64,000 nt of DNA, from the NCBI RefSeq assembly GCF_963853765.1, contig NC_088858.1:10850001-10914000 (forward strand), read 5' to 3'. The stretch's first letter is position 1, and the number at the start of each line of letters is the position of its first letter. The DNA comes from Magallana gigas (lineage: Eukaryota). The notes below the pieces were generated by a model. It had not been told where the DNA came from and did no database searches. It saw nothing but the letters and a program-made list of their open reading frames with translations. A program made the position numbers and the translations under genes. Of this stretch, positions 1 through 14,300 are shown piece after piece.

Positions 1-2383
1 CCAGCCTTTTTTCATTAGTCCGACGGCCTTGGGGGAGTACACCGGGCTCCCATTCATCATTCTGCGTTCAAAATTTCTCAGAAAGTTTGGGTTCCTCCAT
101 TGATTAAAGCGCGGACGCCTTCCCGGGCGTTGTGATGACGAACTTTCTAACCATACAACTGCTAACCAACACACAACCAAAACACTGCCGACGTTCATAG
201 CTGAAATAAATTGTTCCTATACAATCGTCTTTTTATACATCTTTTTTATATAGCTTAAAGATATTCCCCATTTCCGTTGAACTGCGTAATGAATCACATT
301 GGTGAACAATGCAGTTTGATTTACTTTGCAAACATTGCGTAAACATGTTACCATGTGTTTTTCTACTGCTATCTCTGATTGGCTAGAATTCGCTGTCCAT
401 TACAATATTTTTAGAATACGTAAGCATACCAAAGCTTATACTCATTTAAAAAAACTAATATTTTTGGATATAAATTAATACTCTAGGAAATTAATCGTTT
501 TATTAGCTTTGCAGTGTCAGTTTAATTTAAATTCACGGGAAAGACCCTTTTAAATTAAACAAAAATTAGATTTTTAAAAAAAGAATTATGCAATGTAGAT
601 CTTGAGACCTATTAATAACCACCATATAACACGCATGAAAAAAAAATTGCTGTTTCATAATGAAATGAAATTTTAAAATTTACCTTCTTTAATCTTCTTT
701 CATACCTATATTTAGTTTTATATATAAATATAAATTACACAACACACGTGACCCCTTAGTGTTTATATGATCTACAAGGTCCGTCTTACCTGCGTAGAGT
801 GTGGGAGTCCAATGAGGACCGGAGAGAAAGCTTTTATTCATAAATCGTGGCCTACCATATGACGCTAGATTGATGTGTTTACGTCTGACAGATCCTCTGG
901 CAGACCAAGAAGACCATAAGGTATTTCTTATAACATCCCTCAGCTAGGGGAATGGGGATAGAGGCTCATTGATGTTTTAGGGCAAGCCCTAACTGTTATG
1001 GATGTCATCCCACGCTCGACGGATTTACTGATTCATCGATATATTTATTACTATTAATATACTTCTTATTTAATTTTCATATTTTCAAATAACGAATTTA
1101 AAAATGATTAAAGACGACTCAGTGGTCATCAAATTAACCTTCAAATTCACCTCATATTTTTAAAAATTACTTCTTTATCTATAAACTATTATTAAGTAAA
1201 GAAATATTGTATTTATTTTAAACTTTAAGCTTTGAATGTTTCCCTATAATTTTTACTATATATATATATAGAGCTCTTTTTATGGAGATTTATATAGTCT
1301 AAAAATGGCCACGACCGTCACTGGAGACGTCTTGATATTTTATAGATAAAGCTAATATTGAAATTCCGAGGTGTTTAAATCATATTTGGTGAAAGGTCTT
1401 TAATCGACCGAACTTACCATACTTTAATCGACATACTTTTATTTCATTTGCAAGTAAGAATATCCCAGTAGTTACAACACATAAATTTAGAGTGTTATAG
1501 CGTTAGAGTTTTATATATACCCCAGGGGCACAAAAAATAAAATTCCCAAGGTTCTTATATTAAAGTTTGTTAGCGTTGTTTTTTTGTGTTTTTTTTTGTT
1601 CTGTGTGATCTAATATTTTACAAAACGCAATTCCAAGACGTTCATAATTGTGCGCTTTTGGAAGTTCAATTAGAAAACACTTTGTTGTCCAAGATGTAAA
1701 ATATCAAAGTTTAGAGTTCTTGGGTATTTATTTACACCTTTGATATGAAGCCATTAGATGATCATTAGAATCAGACCACAGGCGGTATTACTTACCCGAT
1801 TAACTACATGTATACGATGAATTCATGCTGGAATAAATACTCCAGTACAGTAATAGCTTTAGAAAGCAAGTCTTCTTTATAAAAGTTTTACATACAAGAA
1901 GAGCCTTATTGTCAGAGGCTCCCCTTTCCAACAATATCTGTATCTTTATCTGGTACGTTACAGAATCCAATATTGGTTTTTATGTAACGCAGATTTTTTG
2001 ATACATTTTTATGAATATATTGTAGACGCATTACTTGTGGTCGTGTATTATAATTATCGGTTTTTGTTGGAAGGGAGCTTTCGCTAAACACGTAAATCAC
2101 TGAATGTCTTGCAAAAATGTATATAATGCGCTGATCAAATTTTTGCTAACTTGATGAATAGATCATTTTCCGATAGATTTAACACACGATTCAAAATCCA
2201 TACCACTCCTCCTTACAAACCGTCTCTTTAACAAATTAGCCGATTCTTGCACCACAATAATTTAATAAAACAATAATACAATGAACAAATATATATTTTT
2301 AAAAAAAACAGCATGATAAAGCAAGATTTGTAAATAGTCAAAATGTCAATTTAATTGTAAAATTGTTCTAATATCTCCTAGTG

Positions 2384-5300
2384 CTATTTACACATCGGCG
2401 GATTCACGAACCCGAACACATTGCACTCGATCATGACAGAAATCAAAATGTAAACTGCATACACCAGAAGACAGAAGAAGCCTAGGCGGCGAGTCAGCCT
2501 CCAGCGGGTATACTTCAAAGCTGCAACCTGTGGGGCAGAGAAAACAGGAATTTCACACAACATTCATTAAATTCCAGTAAATGCACACAGAGCAATTTTA
2601 ACAAGACCTTTGACCTTCGGTATAGGACGTAGCTATAATATATATGCACCTCTTGCGTCAAATCAAGTTGAAAATGACACTGGTCTGACGCTAAATATGC
2701 ACAAACTACGTAGGCACAGCTAAAAAGTAAGACAAACTTTGTCAACGTGCTATGACATAATGGCTGACATTGAAACAGACAGGCCCATGACACATTGTGT
2801 TTAACACAACTATTCAAAAGCCACCGTCTTGTTAAAATAGCTCTATCTGAGCAAGAGTATGATGATAATCTAAGCAAATATAAATCCAATATCAAAAGAA
2901 AACAATGCTAGAGAAAATTTAACACAGAATACAAGGATTATGATTTTCGTCAATTTATCATTTAGACACAAGATAAATCTTGTTGGGGGTTAGGGTCATG
3001 TAGGCATCTGTTGTTGTTTGTTTGCTATTGTTGTTGTTGACGTTTTAGTTTGCCGTTCAAATAGAGACACATGGTTGTGACATCAATCTGTAATTTAGAT
3101 TGTTTTTAATTTTAAATTGCACAATCATGATTGTGACTAATGCTTACTTACTAGAATAATAACTGTAAGGAATAAAAGAAGTATTGAGAACACCATTCCA
3201 TTGCTGTTTATATGTACCTGCAATGAAAGAAAAATAATCATGTATATATAAACAATGTTCTGCATTATATTGTTTGAGAAAAAAAGAATATAAACATATT
3301 GGGTGGAATTAAATTAATTTCAATCAAAAATTTTTTATAACAAAGAAACCCAACAAACTTACTGTACGTCAGCAAACTAAGCGTAGTTCCAGAAAAATAC
3401 TAAAAAGTACTATGAATTAACTGTAGTACCAAAAACTTACTGTAGTTTTACAAACACTGTAGTTTTATAGACTTTCTGTACAACCAGAAGCTGACTGCGG
3501 TACTCTAAACATACAGCTGTACCACAAACTTAGCAGAAAGTTGCAGGTAGTAGCAGAATCTCAACTAACTGCAGTACCAGAAACAAATCGTAGTTCTAGA
3601 AAATAACACACGTAAGTCTGTCCCAAGATTTTTATGTACTTTTATATGGCCCATTCTTAATTTAAATATACATACCTGTGAAAGATGTGCAATTGAAATC
3701 GATGAAAGGGAAAATTTCCAAGAGATCTTCATTGACACATTATCAGGGATGGGGTCAATTACAATGGAAAGTAATTAATTAAATTACAATTACTTTCTTA
3801 AATTCTTCAATTAAATTACCATTACCATTACAAGAGTTTTCAAATGTAATTAATTAAATTACAATTACTTTGCAGAAGTAAGTAATTAAATTACAAATTA
3901 CATTTTTATCAAAATGTACTAAAACCATGATTTATCTTCAACACATAAACATTTCAGGAGGTATGTCTATAATATGAATAAAATTTCCTCACAATCAAAA
4001 AAAATTCACTGTTTGAGAATTTGCTAACTACTCTGATACAGTTACAATTTTTGGAAAGAAAAAATATAAATTTGGTTTAATTGTTTATTTCAACACGCAG
4101 GTACTGGTAGTCACAATATGGAGGTGTCCCATACCACCTTGATATTCAATAAACATTTAAAAGTCATTTACCCTAACCTACATCTATCATGTCAACTAAA
4201 ATATTTCCTGCATGCAAAACTATTACATGAAAACTTTCTCCTTTGCATTTTTAAACACTATTTTTTTTCTTTGTAAATACAATGCCAAAGTACAGGTTAA
4301 TCTCAGGTAGAGGGCAGACTATAATTGTTATCAAAACACAATTCACACCTTTTGTTCTCTACCTAATTATCAAAATGTTAGCAATAAGGGAACACACCCT
4401 GTGGACATGTCAGGCACCAAAAACTTAACACCTATTTGAAGCCATGCATTTAGCTCTGTGTATTTAGGGCTATCCATTTCAAAGCATGACTTGATAGTTT
4501 AATATATATAATTTTGATAACACTGATTTTGTTTGTAATTAAACAGTGATGTTTTAAACTAACTCAATGACAATTGACACACTAATTATTCTAATAAGAA
4601 GGAAAATATGGGTTTTTTTAAGCAAAAAGGGATCAAACCAATCATCAAATACATGTACTTAATTAAATTTGTGAAACTTATCATTAAATATTGAATCACT
4701 GAAAAAATATTTTGAAAAATATTTAGTATGATATATATAATAATAGTTCAATGCTTTTTAACTACTCTTCGAACTTGACCTTGTACCATTGTTAGTTTGG
4801 GGGAAAATGGGTAGTGGACAGCTTGATATTTCTATGTACATCAGTGTGTAATTGAAAGTAACTGAAAAGTAATTGGAATTACATGCCTTTTTTTTTAAAG
4901 TAATTAATTATAGTCTGTCCCAAGATATTTATGCAGCACATTTGGACGATTTTTAATAAAAATACACTTACCTGTGAAAGAAGTGCAATTGAAATAGTTG
5001 AAAGGGATATTTTCCAAGATAATTTCATTGACACATTATCATCTTTCACTCGGAAAAATTTACATGAACGAAAACAGATTCCTTACGGAGATTTATAATG
5101 GGGAATGTTTACATCTTTTCTCCATTCGGAATACACTCGGAATACATCGTGCAATATTTCAACGTTATCATCCGGGCTTGCTGCAATACAAAATCTCCGT
5201 AGACATCACATTTTTTAGCATTGTATTGACACCTGATAAGCTAACAGGGGCGTTTTGACTGAGAAATCTTGGAAATTTTTCATACTTTTGAATGAACATC

Positions 5301-8300
5301 GTTTGAATCCTGAGGTATTTATAAATATCAAGCAATTAAGCCAAATGTGAATCCAAAATATCTTGGGACAGAGTATAAATTACCATTACATGTAATTGAA
5401 AATTTGGCCAATTACACATTACTTTCAATTACATCAAAATTTGTAATTAATTACACTCAATTACCATTACAAATTACCTTTACCCCATCCCTGCACATTA
5501 TCATTTTTCACTCATAAAAGTTCACGGTAACGAAAACACATTTCTTACGGAGATTTATAATGGGGATTGTTTACATTTTTTCTCTCCATTCGGAAGTCAC
5601 TCGGGATTATTCGCGCAATTTTTTAACGTTATCATACGGGTCTGCTGCAATACAAAATCCCCGTAGACATCACATTTTTTAGCCGTGTATTGAAACCTGA
5701 TAAGCTATAGGGGGCGTTTCAACAGAGAAATCTTGGAAATTTTTCATACTTTTGAATGAACATCATTTGAACCCTGAGGTATTTATGAATATCGCCTAAA
5801 TAAGCAAAATGTGAATCCAGGATATCTTGGGACAGAGTATAGTGTTAAAAACTTACCGTAATTATATACACATATTTAGTACCATAAACTTACTTTATTA
5901 GCAAAAATTCATTGTATTACCAGAAACTAACCGTAGATCATAAATCTACAGTAGTGCTAAAAACTTATTGTAGTACTTTAAAGGGGCATGGTCACGATTT
6001 TAGTCCAATTTTTATTTTTGTTTTTATTATTTGCAATGCTTTAGGAATGCATTTCTAATGATCAAACAAAATTTGGGTGCCAGTCGTTGAGTTTTAAGCA
6101 AGATATGGGGCTTACAATTCTTCGTCATGTAAACAAGACTCGTGCCCTGTTTTTGTTTACATAGGTTCAATATACCAGTAAAAAATCTTTTTAAAGCTGG
6201 TTTGTCTATCTTATTATTCATTTTGAGCATAAATAAACAGTTTCTAACGATTAACACATTCATTTTAGGTCAAAAAACTGGAATTTGCACTTCAACATTC
6301 AAAATGTAAACAAACGTTTTGTTTACATAGCGAAGAATTGTAAGCTCTGTAACTCGCTTATGACTCATCAAATGACACTCAATTTTGGTTGCCTATTAAA
6401 AATGTCTTACTGAAGCATTGTAAACATTAAAATCGGGGAAATAATTTTTGACCAAAACCATGCCCCTTTAAATATACTGTAGTACCATAAACTTACTATT
6501 GTAAAAGAAACTTACTGTAGTATTAGAAACATACTGTAAAACAACGGACTTTAAAATATAGTACAAGAAACTTACTGTAGTACCAGCATATGCAACACCA
6601 GTTTTCAGAAACCATGGTAACGATAGTCCTAACAAAATGTCAAAGACGTTGCTTCCAAGAGAATTGGAGACAGCCATATCCCCCATACCTAGAGCGACGA
6701 AGAACGGAGAAAAAAGAAAGGCTGATATGTTATAAATAAAAAATAATAACCAAATGTACTTTTACTTCGTATTTTTTTAATATTAGACAACTTGCTTCTT
6801 TTTAAAGAGTTTCTTGTTTCATGAAAGAGGACTTGCCATTTTTAGACAATGCTAACCTCCTTTGGGGCAAAGAGCTTCGTTTAAGATACAGGAAAATATT
6901 AAAATACCTATTACTAAATATAATAGTTTTTCTCTATAAATCAGATTTAAAATATTAAAAGGTAGAAGTGAAGGGTTTATGTTTCGGTATAACCTTGTTT
7001 GGCAACGAAGACACTGGCCATGGCGTCCGGTATACTGGTCCCGGCCGCCAGAAACGTTATCCCCATCACGCTGTCAGGTATACTTAGCGTGTACCCAATC
7101 AGCGTCACCTGTAAATATCACGTAAAAAGACTCAGATTTAAAAAAAAAAAACCAAGAATATTTTGTTGATAAATAAGTAGTTTAATATGCAACTTATATG
7201 ATTGATTAATTCCTAGCTCTCTGATTTGCTTATATCTAATTATCTCGAAAAAACAGACCGTTATATTCACCGGCACGTGACCTAGGAGGTCAATATAATA
7301 ACATTTGATTTTTCTCTACATTGGACTAAAAATAGATCGTTCAGTGAAATATCGCGTTTCTCAATTTGTCCAGCTATGGCTTCATACCAAAATCTTTGCT
7401 TTACACTCAATTTGATATATCTGTATCATTTCGTCGTTGAATCATATAAAAAATTATTATTGCTATTTTTTCGATCAATACGGTGATTAAGCTACCCTCA
7501 AAGTACAATATTCACCTCGCCTCTGACTCGGTAAATATTGTACTTCTCAGGTAGCTAAATCATCGTATTGACCTAAAAAAAAAAACCCCAGCACTGATTG
7601 TATAATATTTTTGGGCACTATTATACATTTATTGCATAACGGTTAGGGAGGTATGAAGATTTATTCCTCCAGGGAAAATCATATTTCCCGAGGGCAAAGC
7701 CCAAGGGAAATATGATTTTTCTGGGGTAATAAATCTTCATACATGTATTAGTATCTCCTGAACGTTCATGCAATAAATCGTTTATTATACCGAACGACAA
7801 CTGATAATTTATTATACATCTGATTCTACATGTAATCGTTTTTCAACTCTTGTAAATCAATAAGTTTTTTAATTCTTTCTTTGACAGTTTTTTGATACAA
7901 AAAGGATTTAAAACGATTTTTGGTAGAATTGATCATTTTTACATCGCATGCTCATCCCCGGGATTTTTCACACGCATGGATCCGGAATGAAAATTTTACG
8001 TGGCTTTCGAAGGGGTGATATATGATGAAAAATATGATGATCACAGGGAAATATGAAGTTTGATTGCCCTGACACGTGATTGCCTATAACCAATCCGATA
8101 ACACGTTACATTGAATTATTACGATGAGGTATAATACGAATTACTCAACTGACTCATCCAGTGAATATGAAATACGTGTAATGATGAATCAATAAATAAA
8201 GCATGCTAAGCATGACTCTGAAGTATGGACGTCAACGAGAATTCGAGTAGGCTAGCTACACGACTACAATCCCTTGGTCACGACGACCATAGACTAACGT

Positions 8301-11300
8301 TTTCTTGCTCGTTATTAACATTTTATTGATTTTCTAAACGCAGAAGTTTTGAGCTACGAATGAAAATACAGTTTTCTTTTATGATCCATCGGTGCCTTTG
8401 GTGCAATTCTTTTAAAATTCTTAAAAGCGGCTATTATTATTACAAATGTCCAAAGTCTCTTATGATTTTGTAGATCAAATTGTTGTTTAGAATAAAAGAA
8501 TACTTGGGCATACTTGTAAATGAGGAGACAATTTGATGTTTCTTTTAGTGATAAATCTTAATTCATTTACATGTAGGTATTGGATTAATTGTTTGTATAA
8601 TCAAAAATCTTAATCATATCATATCAGGGCGTTTGTTTTATAATCATTAAACTGTACTTGTTGGTTAGACACGGGACAATGACTTAGCATGGAACAAGTC
8701 ACGTTTGATTTGCCTAGTGTTGGTAGCTCAATTATGTGTAGTCGTCACAAGAAAAAGGAAAATCTAATTTAGATCATTTGCAAACGGATATTAAGATAAA
8801 TATATTTTTCATTTTAAATCAAATACATTAAGTACATCTAATTATAAGTTTTTAAAAAAATCTTTTTGAGTTAAGACACGGTGTATGTGACAGTTTCTAG
8901 CATTAGAACCATTTTAACAAGGCCTTGGAGTTTCAATAGGATGTAACTATCTATTTCTTGCGTCAAAACAAGTTAAAATGACGCTGGTTTCGAGCGAAAT
9001 ATACACCGATTGCGTAGTCTTCGCTCGAAAGTCAGACAAATCTTGTTGATTTCAAAGAGCCAAGACTGGGTGGCCTAAAGTGAAATAGACAAGCCTACGT
9101 CACATTGCCGATTGACACGGCTACCAAAGTCCAAGGTCTTGTTAAACTGGTTCTGTTTTTGAAAAGGACACACAGTTATATGAATAAATCAATGACTAAA
9201 ACCCCAAATTAAGGGACTAATCTTTCGGAGTAAAATTATCATCCCTAGTCTGAAGTAAAGTCTTTACCATCCAAACCATGACGTAGGAGTATATAACAAT
9301 CCACAGCACGGAACACACGAATGTGGCCATAAACCAATTCTCCCACCTATAATAGAAAATAATTGTGGTCAATTTAGTGAGTGACATAAACATCAAAACA
9401 ACTTTCGATTAAATATATTTAAGAGCAAAATGCAAGTGAAGTTGCAAGTGATAGCGATACGGTCCATTGATCAATCTTAAATTGATTCCCGCTCTGTCAA
9501 CCTCGTGCATCGACTTTCATTTTTTGACATTAGCAACTTCACTATCCCGCAACTTTAATTTAATTTGTGGTTTTTAAATTTTTTGTGCATTTCTTGTACA
9601 TTTTATTTAAATAGATCTTGGTATTTTTTAATCTAATCAGGTGAGGAGTAAATGAAATTTTCCAATTATTTTGTACATCCGTTTCGTTAGTATTTTAATT
9701 AGAATTGAACAGAGTTGTCATGCATTAATCTACTCATTACGAGATAGCGCGTCGATTATTTCTCCCTACCTCTCCTTCCGACAGTCAGGAACAGTGTAAT
9801 ATAACATGAACCTCAATGGATAGATGGCGCCCCATCTGGCAAGCTTCAGAATTCCCTCCTCTGATAAAAAAAAAATATACAAAACCGCTGCTAGTCACAA
9901 TAGTCTCTGTTCCAGGAATAGTTTTTTTGTCATTTGTGATTTTTTTTTTCAAAATACAATTTAATTTGTAAATCTTTTTTCATTGATTTAATTAGTGTAA
10001 TCATTTTTTTTTTCATTTTCCCTGTGTTGTTTGGAATGAGGACGGGGAATGTACCAACCAAAAGGACATTATTTAGTAAACAAAGATAGTCATTGCAGGA
10101 AATGTCTGAATCTATAGAGGTAGCTTTGAATGCATACCCATCTTTGGTGGGGTTTTCCATCCATCCAAGTTCTCTCCTTCCATGGTCAGATTAAACCTAA
10201 AGGAATCGATGAAAAGTTCAGCTCGAGGACAAAAATATAAAGCTAGGGTGCAATAAAGAAAACTGTACCAGAATTTTATATCCTAAAAAATTGACACGAT
10301 TGAGAACAGTAAAATGTCACTCACCAACCTCTTATAGATCTGGTGTAAGACAAAACACTAGACTTCTGGGCCATTTTCCGGAATTGCTGTCGCTTTTGCA
10401 GGTGAGTATCGGTAAGCATGCGTCTCCGCTGGAAAGTTAATTACGGGAAAATTATTAGAAAATGTTAATTAACGAATTCCCAATTCCATAGAATATCTTA
10501 AAATGAGTGATAAAATTAGTTAAAATCATCAAATGAATTTCAAACAAAGTGGAAAGAAGAAAAACGAGTGTTCGAAATGTTATAAATTAAACAAAAAAGG
10601 GGGCTGTTGTTAGCTACAGCTCATTAATGACGGGATGGCTGGTACCTACGTATGATATAATGAGGAAAGCCGCGGCGCGAAATCTCGTTTTGGGTCTGAA
10701 ACGTTTCATCATCATCAGTCGAAAGATAAAATCACAGAACTTTGGTCTGAAAGAGAAAAAAAGCAATTTATCAGAATCACGCAATTCTTGGTGAAATAAT
10801 CACAGCTTGGACTGTTTCGCAGTGTATTATCTGTCTCATTAAGAAGTCTTAAACATATTGTATTGAAAACCCATTCCTAAGGGTCGATAGACGTACTTGA
10901 TTTTGGTTGATTTTGCATATTCGTCAGCTGGGAGATCGGGCTCGGAGTTCTTTGCAGACTTGTGGTCCACTGTGATAAATACATCGTCATCATCTTCGAA
11001 CACCTCTGTCAATATATTGCCTTACTTTAAGTGACGGTTTTGGGATATAATAAGTACATGTGTATTGTAATATATGATACTATTATTTCATTATTTTAAT
11101 TATTTGATATACAGTAATGTAAATACATTATTTAATTAAACTTGCAATTTGGTAAGTGTTTTTATCTATATTTTATATAAATATATATACTTTGAAAACG
11201 TAATCTCCCGTTCTTATAACTTATGTTCTGAAACTTACATGAATAAAGAGAGTTGGTGGTCAACAATTTATACATCATATTTTTGTTTTATAGCTGAAAA

Positions 11301-14300
11301 CTTTATTTCCTTCTAAGAGTGTTTATATAAAAAAAACTATAATACAGTTAAGCTTTTAAAACTTTTTAAATTTTTTCTACATCTCAGTAAAAAGCTCTTC
11401 TTTTTAAAGAGATTAATAGAGTCTAAAAGTGACCACGATCATCCAACCCCCTTAATGACCCAATGATATAGACAAATCACCAACCGTAGTCTTTACTGAA
11501 CGTTTTGACGCCATTGACGGGGAAGATATTTGAGGAGATAATTTTATCGACTTTCTCCGACACCCACGCATGGATCGGAACGTCAAATCTGTTGAAAGTG
11601 AAACAATTGTAATAAATCAATCAGGCGAAAGTTGGATTTATAAAATGCACAAGTTCCAACTTCATATCGATCTACATACTTCATGACAAGAATGTATCCT
11701 CCATAGAAAATCAGCATCAGAAGGGACTCGTACCAAGTCACCTTTCCGTCTTGGACTACCTACAGATACAGGTTTGTTTGCATTCAATACATGTAATTAA
11801 GGTAGACATTTTCTTTTCCATTCGGGACCAGGCAAGAGTGAGATCGGTGCAATGCATCATGGGACAAATATTATTTGGCATTAATAAGGGACACGCAATT
11901 CTCATACAGTTTCGAATATTTAGAAAGGAAAAACATTCTTTTCTTTAAACTATAACAAAACTTACATGTATCACTTAATTCTGATTAACAAATCAGTTTT
12001 TATTACAAAAATCAAAAACATGTATACATGCTTGAAATCCGCAACATTATGGATATTCAACAAAATAATTGATATTATAATAAACAAAATTATATCAGTT
12101 AAGGATTAATAATAAAACGACCAAAAATAATTTTTGATGTTCAGTTTGGATGAGAGAAATGCGTTTTTTATTGCGTTAGCCATAAACCCTTTTTGACAAC
12201 AACAACAATAAAGTCAACACAATGATTCCATTATAGCGATACATTTATACTGTGTGGTAAATTTTACATTGCACATTACTTATGAGGACTATAATGTCTG
12301 ACCAGAATCAGGACAGGATACTATAATGCCTCACCAGAATCAATACAAGGTACCGTTCTGACTTGCAAGAATAATGACAGGGTACCACAAAGTCTTACCA
12401 GCATTAGAACATCTACAATGCCTTATCATAATCAGGACATGGTACCACGATGTCTTACCAGAATCAGGACAACTACAATGTCTTACAAGAATCAGGACAG
12501 GGTACCACAATATCTTACCAGAATTAGTACCACGACTGAGAAGGAGTAGTAGACAGCGTCACGTGTAAACGACCACCAGGTCAGTGCCACCACCTGAAAG
12601 ATTAAAGTTCTAGATCAAGATCAGGCTACTCTTGCTTAAGAAAAGAAATATCCTCACGTGGACGTTAAACACCAATTGGTCAATCGATCAGCATGCATAG
12701 AATATTTAACATATCAATCATGGATGGTGTATTGCAATTTTGTTGTTTTCCTGATCTGAGTTTCTCTTTCATAAGTCATTAACCGATTAGACATCTAGAA
12801 TCGTGTTTTTCAATTTGAAAGGAAAATTGCTTACTTCAGTTACACAGAGTGAGACAATAAATTGTTTGATCTCACGAAACTGTCATATTAGATTTCAACA
12901 ATATTCAACTGATCAATAAGGGCTTTAAGTTTCCCAGATCTAAGCATAGTTTTTCAATTAGATGTGAAGCGACATGTTCATATCTTGCATCGAATTCTAC
13001 AAATAGATCAGGAATCTAAATGTTGGAGCAATTTAATGGTGATTACAGTTTTATCGAAAGCTAGACCCCTAACTCTAGCATAGCGACCAAATGTAATCCT
13101 TTGCAACGGTGATGACACAGCGATCGCCCGCACACGACCGATATTCTCCGATCGATAGAAAAAGTATCGCCTTTATCTAATTTGGGAGCACTCGGGAGAC
13201 CCTCGATTCTATCGGCTGTCACGTTAAATCCAAACAAAACAAATTCACTCACAGCCGACTGTTAAATACTGCTTTACATTAATCAGCCATTACGCCTCGT
13301 TTTCATTATTTTTTAGTCGTCTTAATCATTTGAATTTTGCTTGGTTTACAATTTGCTTGCTCGGTCGTGGATTCGTTAAAATAAAGTCGCACGACTGTAG
13401 CAGAAAATTTTAAACATTAAATACACTAACTTGCGCGTTTTGAAAAGCAAAAACTATATGTTGATATTTTCAAATCAATTGCCTTTTGTGCATCCGTCCA
13501 TCATTTAGTCTATTTGTATATTGAAATGAACTGTAACGATTTTTTATTTAACGGTAAAAATAGCTATTATTGGTATTCTAGGATTCTTGATATATTACGT
13601 TCAGAATGTTGGAGGCGTTTAAACCTTGAGGGATAATTGTAAATCAGCATCAGAACAAACAATAATGGACGTTAATCCATTTAAAAAATATTTGTGGGTT
13701 TTTTTTTTTGTAATCAATGTTTATAGTACATGTAGGTGGTGCTGTCTGTCCTAATCAGGCTTTTAACAATTTAGATCAATATACGCACAATAGCATCATA
13801 ACGTATATAGCCTACTCAAACACTCCATAAAAAGAACAGGAAATAAATCTATTCGAACACTCTCGTCGATTATATATGTACCTCTCCAGCCAGAATCCCA
13901 CACAGCCCGATCACAAAGAGGATGTTAAACACTGCAGATCCAACGATCGTCCCTACTCCCACGTCCCCTTTTGTAATAAATACTCCTGGAAAAAAATGAA
14001 AGTGTTTGAAACATTTGGAATGTGTGTGTCGTTGTATGTTGTATTTTCATAGTTCATAACCTTAAGTTTACCAAATGAAAAAGTAAACAATGGGTAACTA
14101 CTTTTCATAGTTAGATATACATGTATGTTCATTTTAACGTATTTTTTATGTAATTAGTGGTGTCTTTCCTGTTTTGTGCTCTCTGTTTTAAATAAGAAGT
14201 GCATGAAAAGACATAGACATAATGTTAATATATATGCAAACACTGTTCAGCTTTATGAGATGGAAAATCCAAATGTACTGACCGATAATAGCTGTACATA

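Larger units (their letters stand above)
3614..5840. mobile_element. TA-flanked MITE (TIR TASTCTGTCCCAAGAT), copy A1, interrupted by a hAT-like element
   Basis: Left end agtctgtcccaagat and right end atcttgggacagagta. The internal sequence matches copies at 4911-5377 and 45605-45868. Confidence 0.8.

Noticed and set aside
767-862. 31-aa ORF with CVECG...TGEKAF, zinc-finger-like
   Set aside because: Too short, lacks the His ligand spacing, and has no splice support.
10321-11485. Overlapping GTTGGT donors 4 nt apart at two NCKX exons (also at Sororin 44466)
   Set aside because: Only one donor per site keeps the frame, and this is a common by-product of the donor consensus.
3355-12530. Repeat arrays superficially like CRISPR
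   Set aside because: The units are contiguous and degenerate with no unique spacers, sit in eukaryotic introns, and have no cas genes.
12374-12568. 64-aa repetitive ORF
   Set aside because: Product of the donor-derived minisatellite and the antisense of an NCKX exon.
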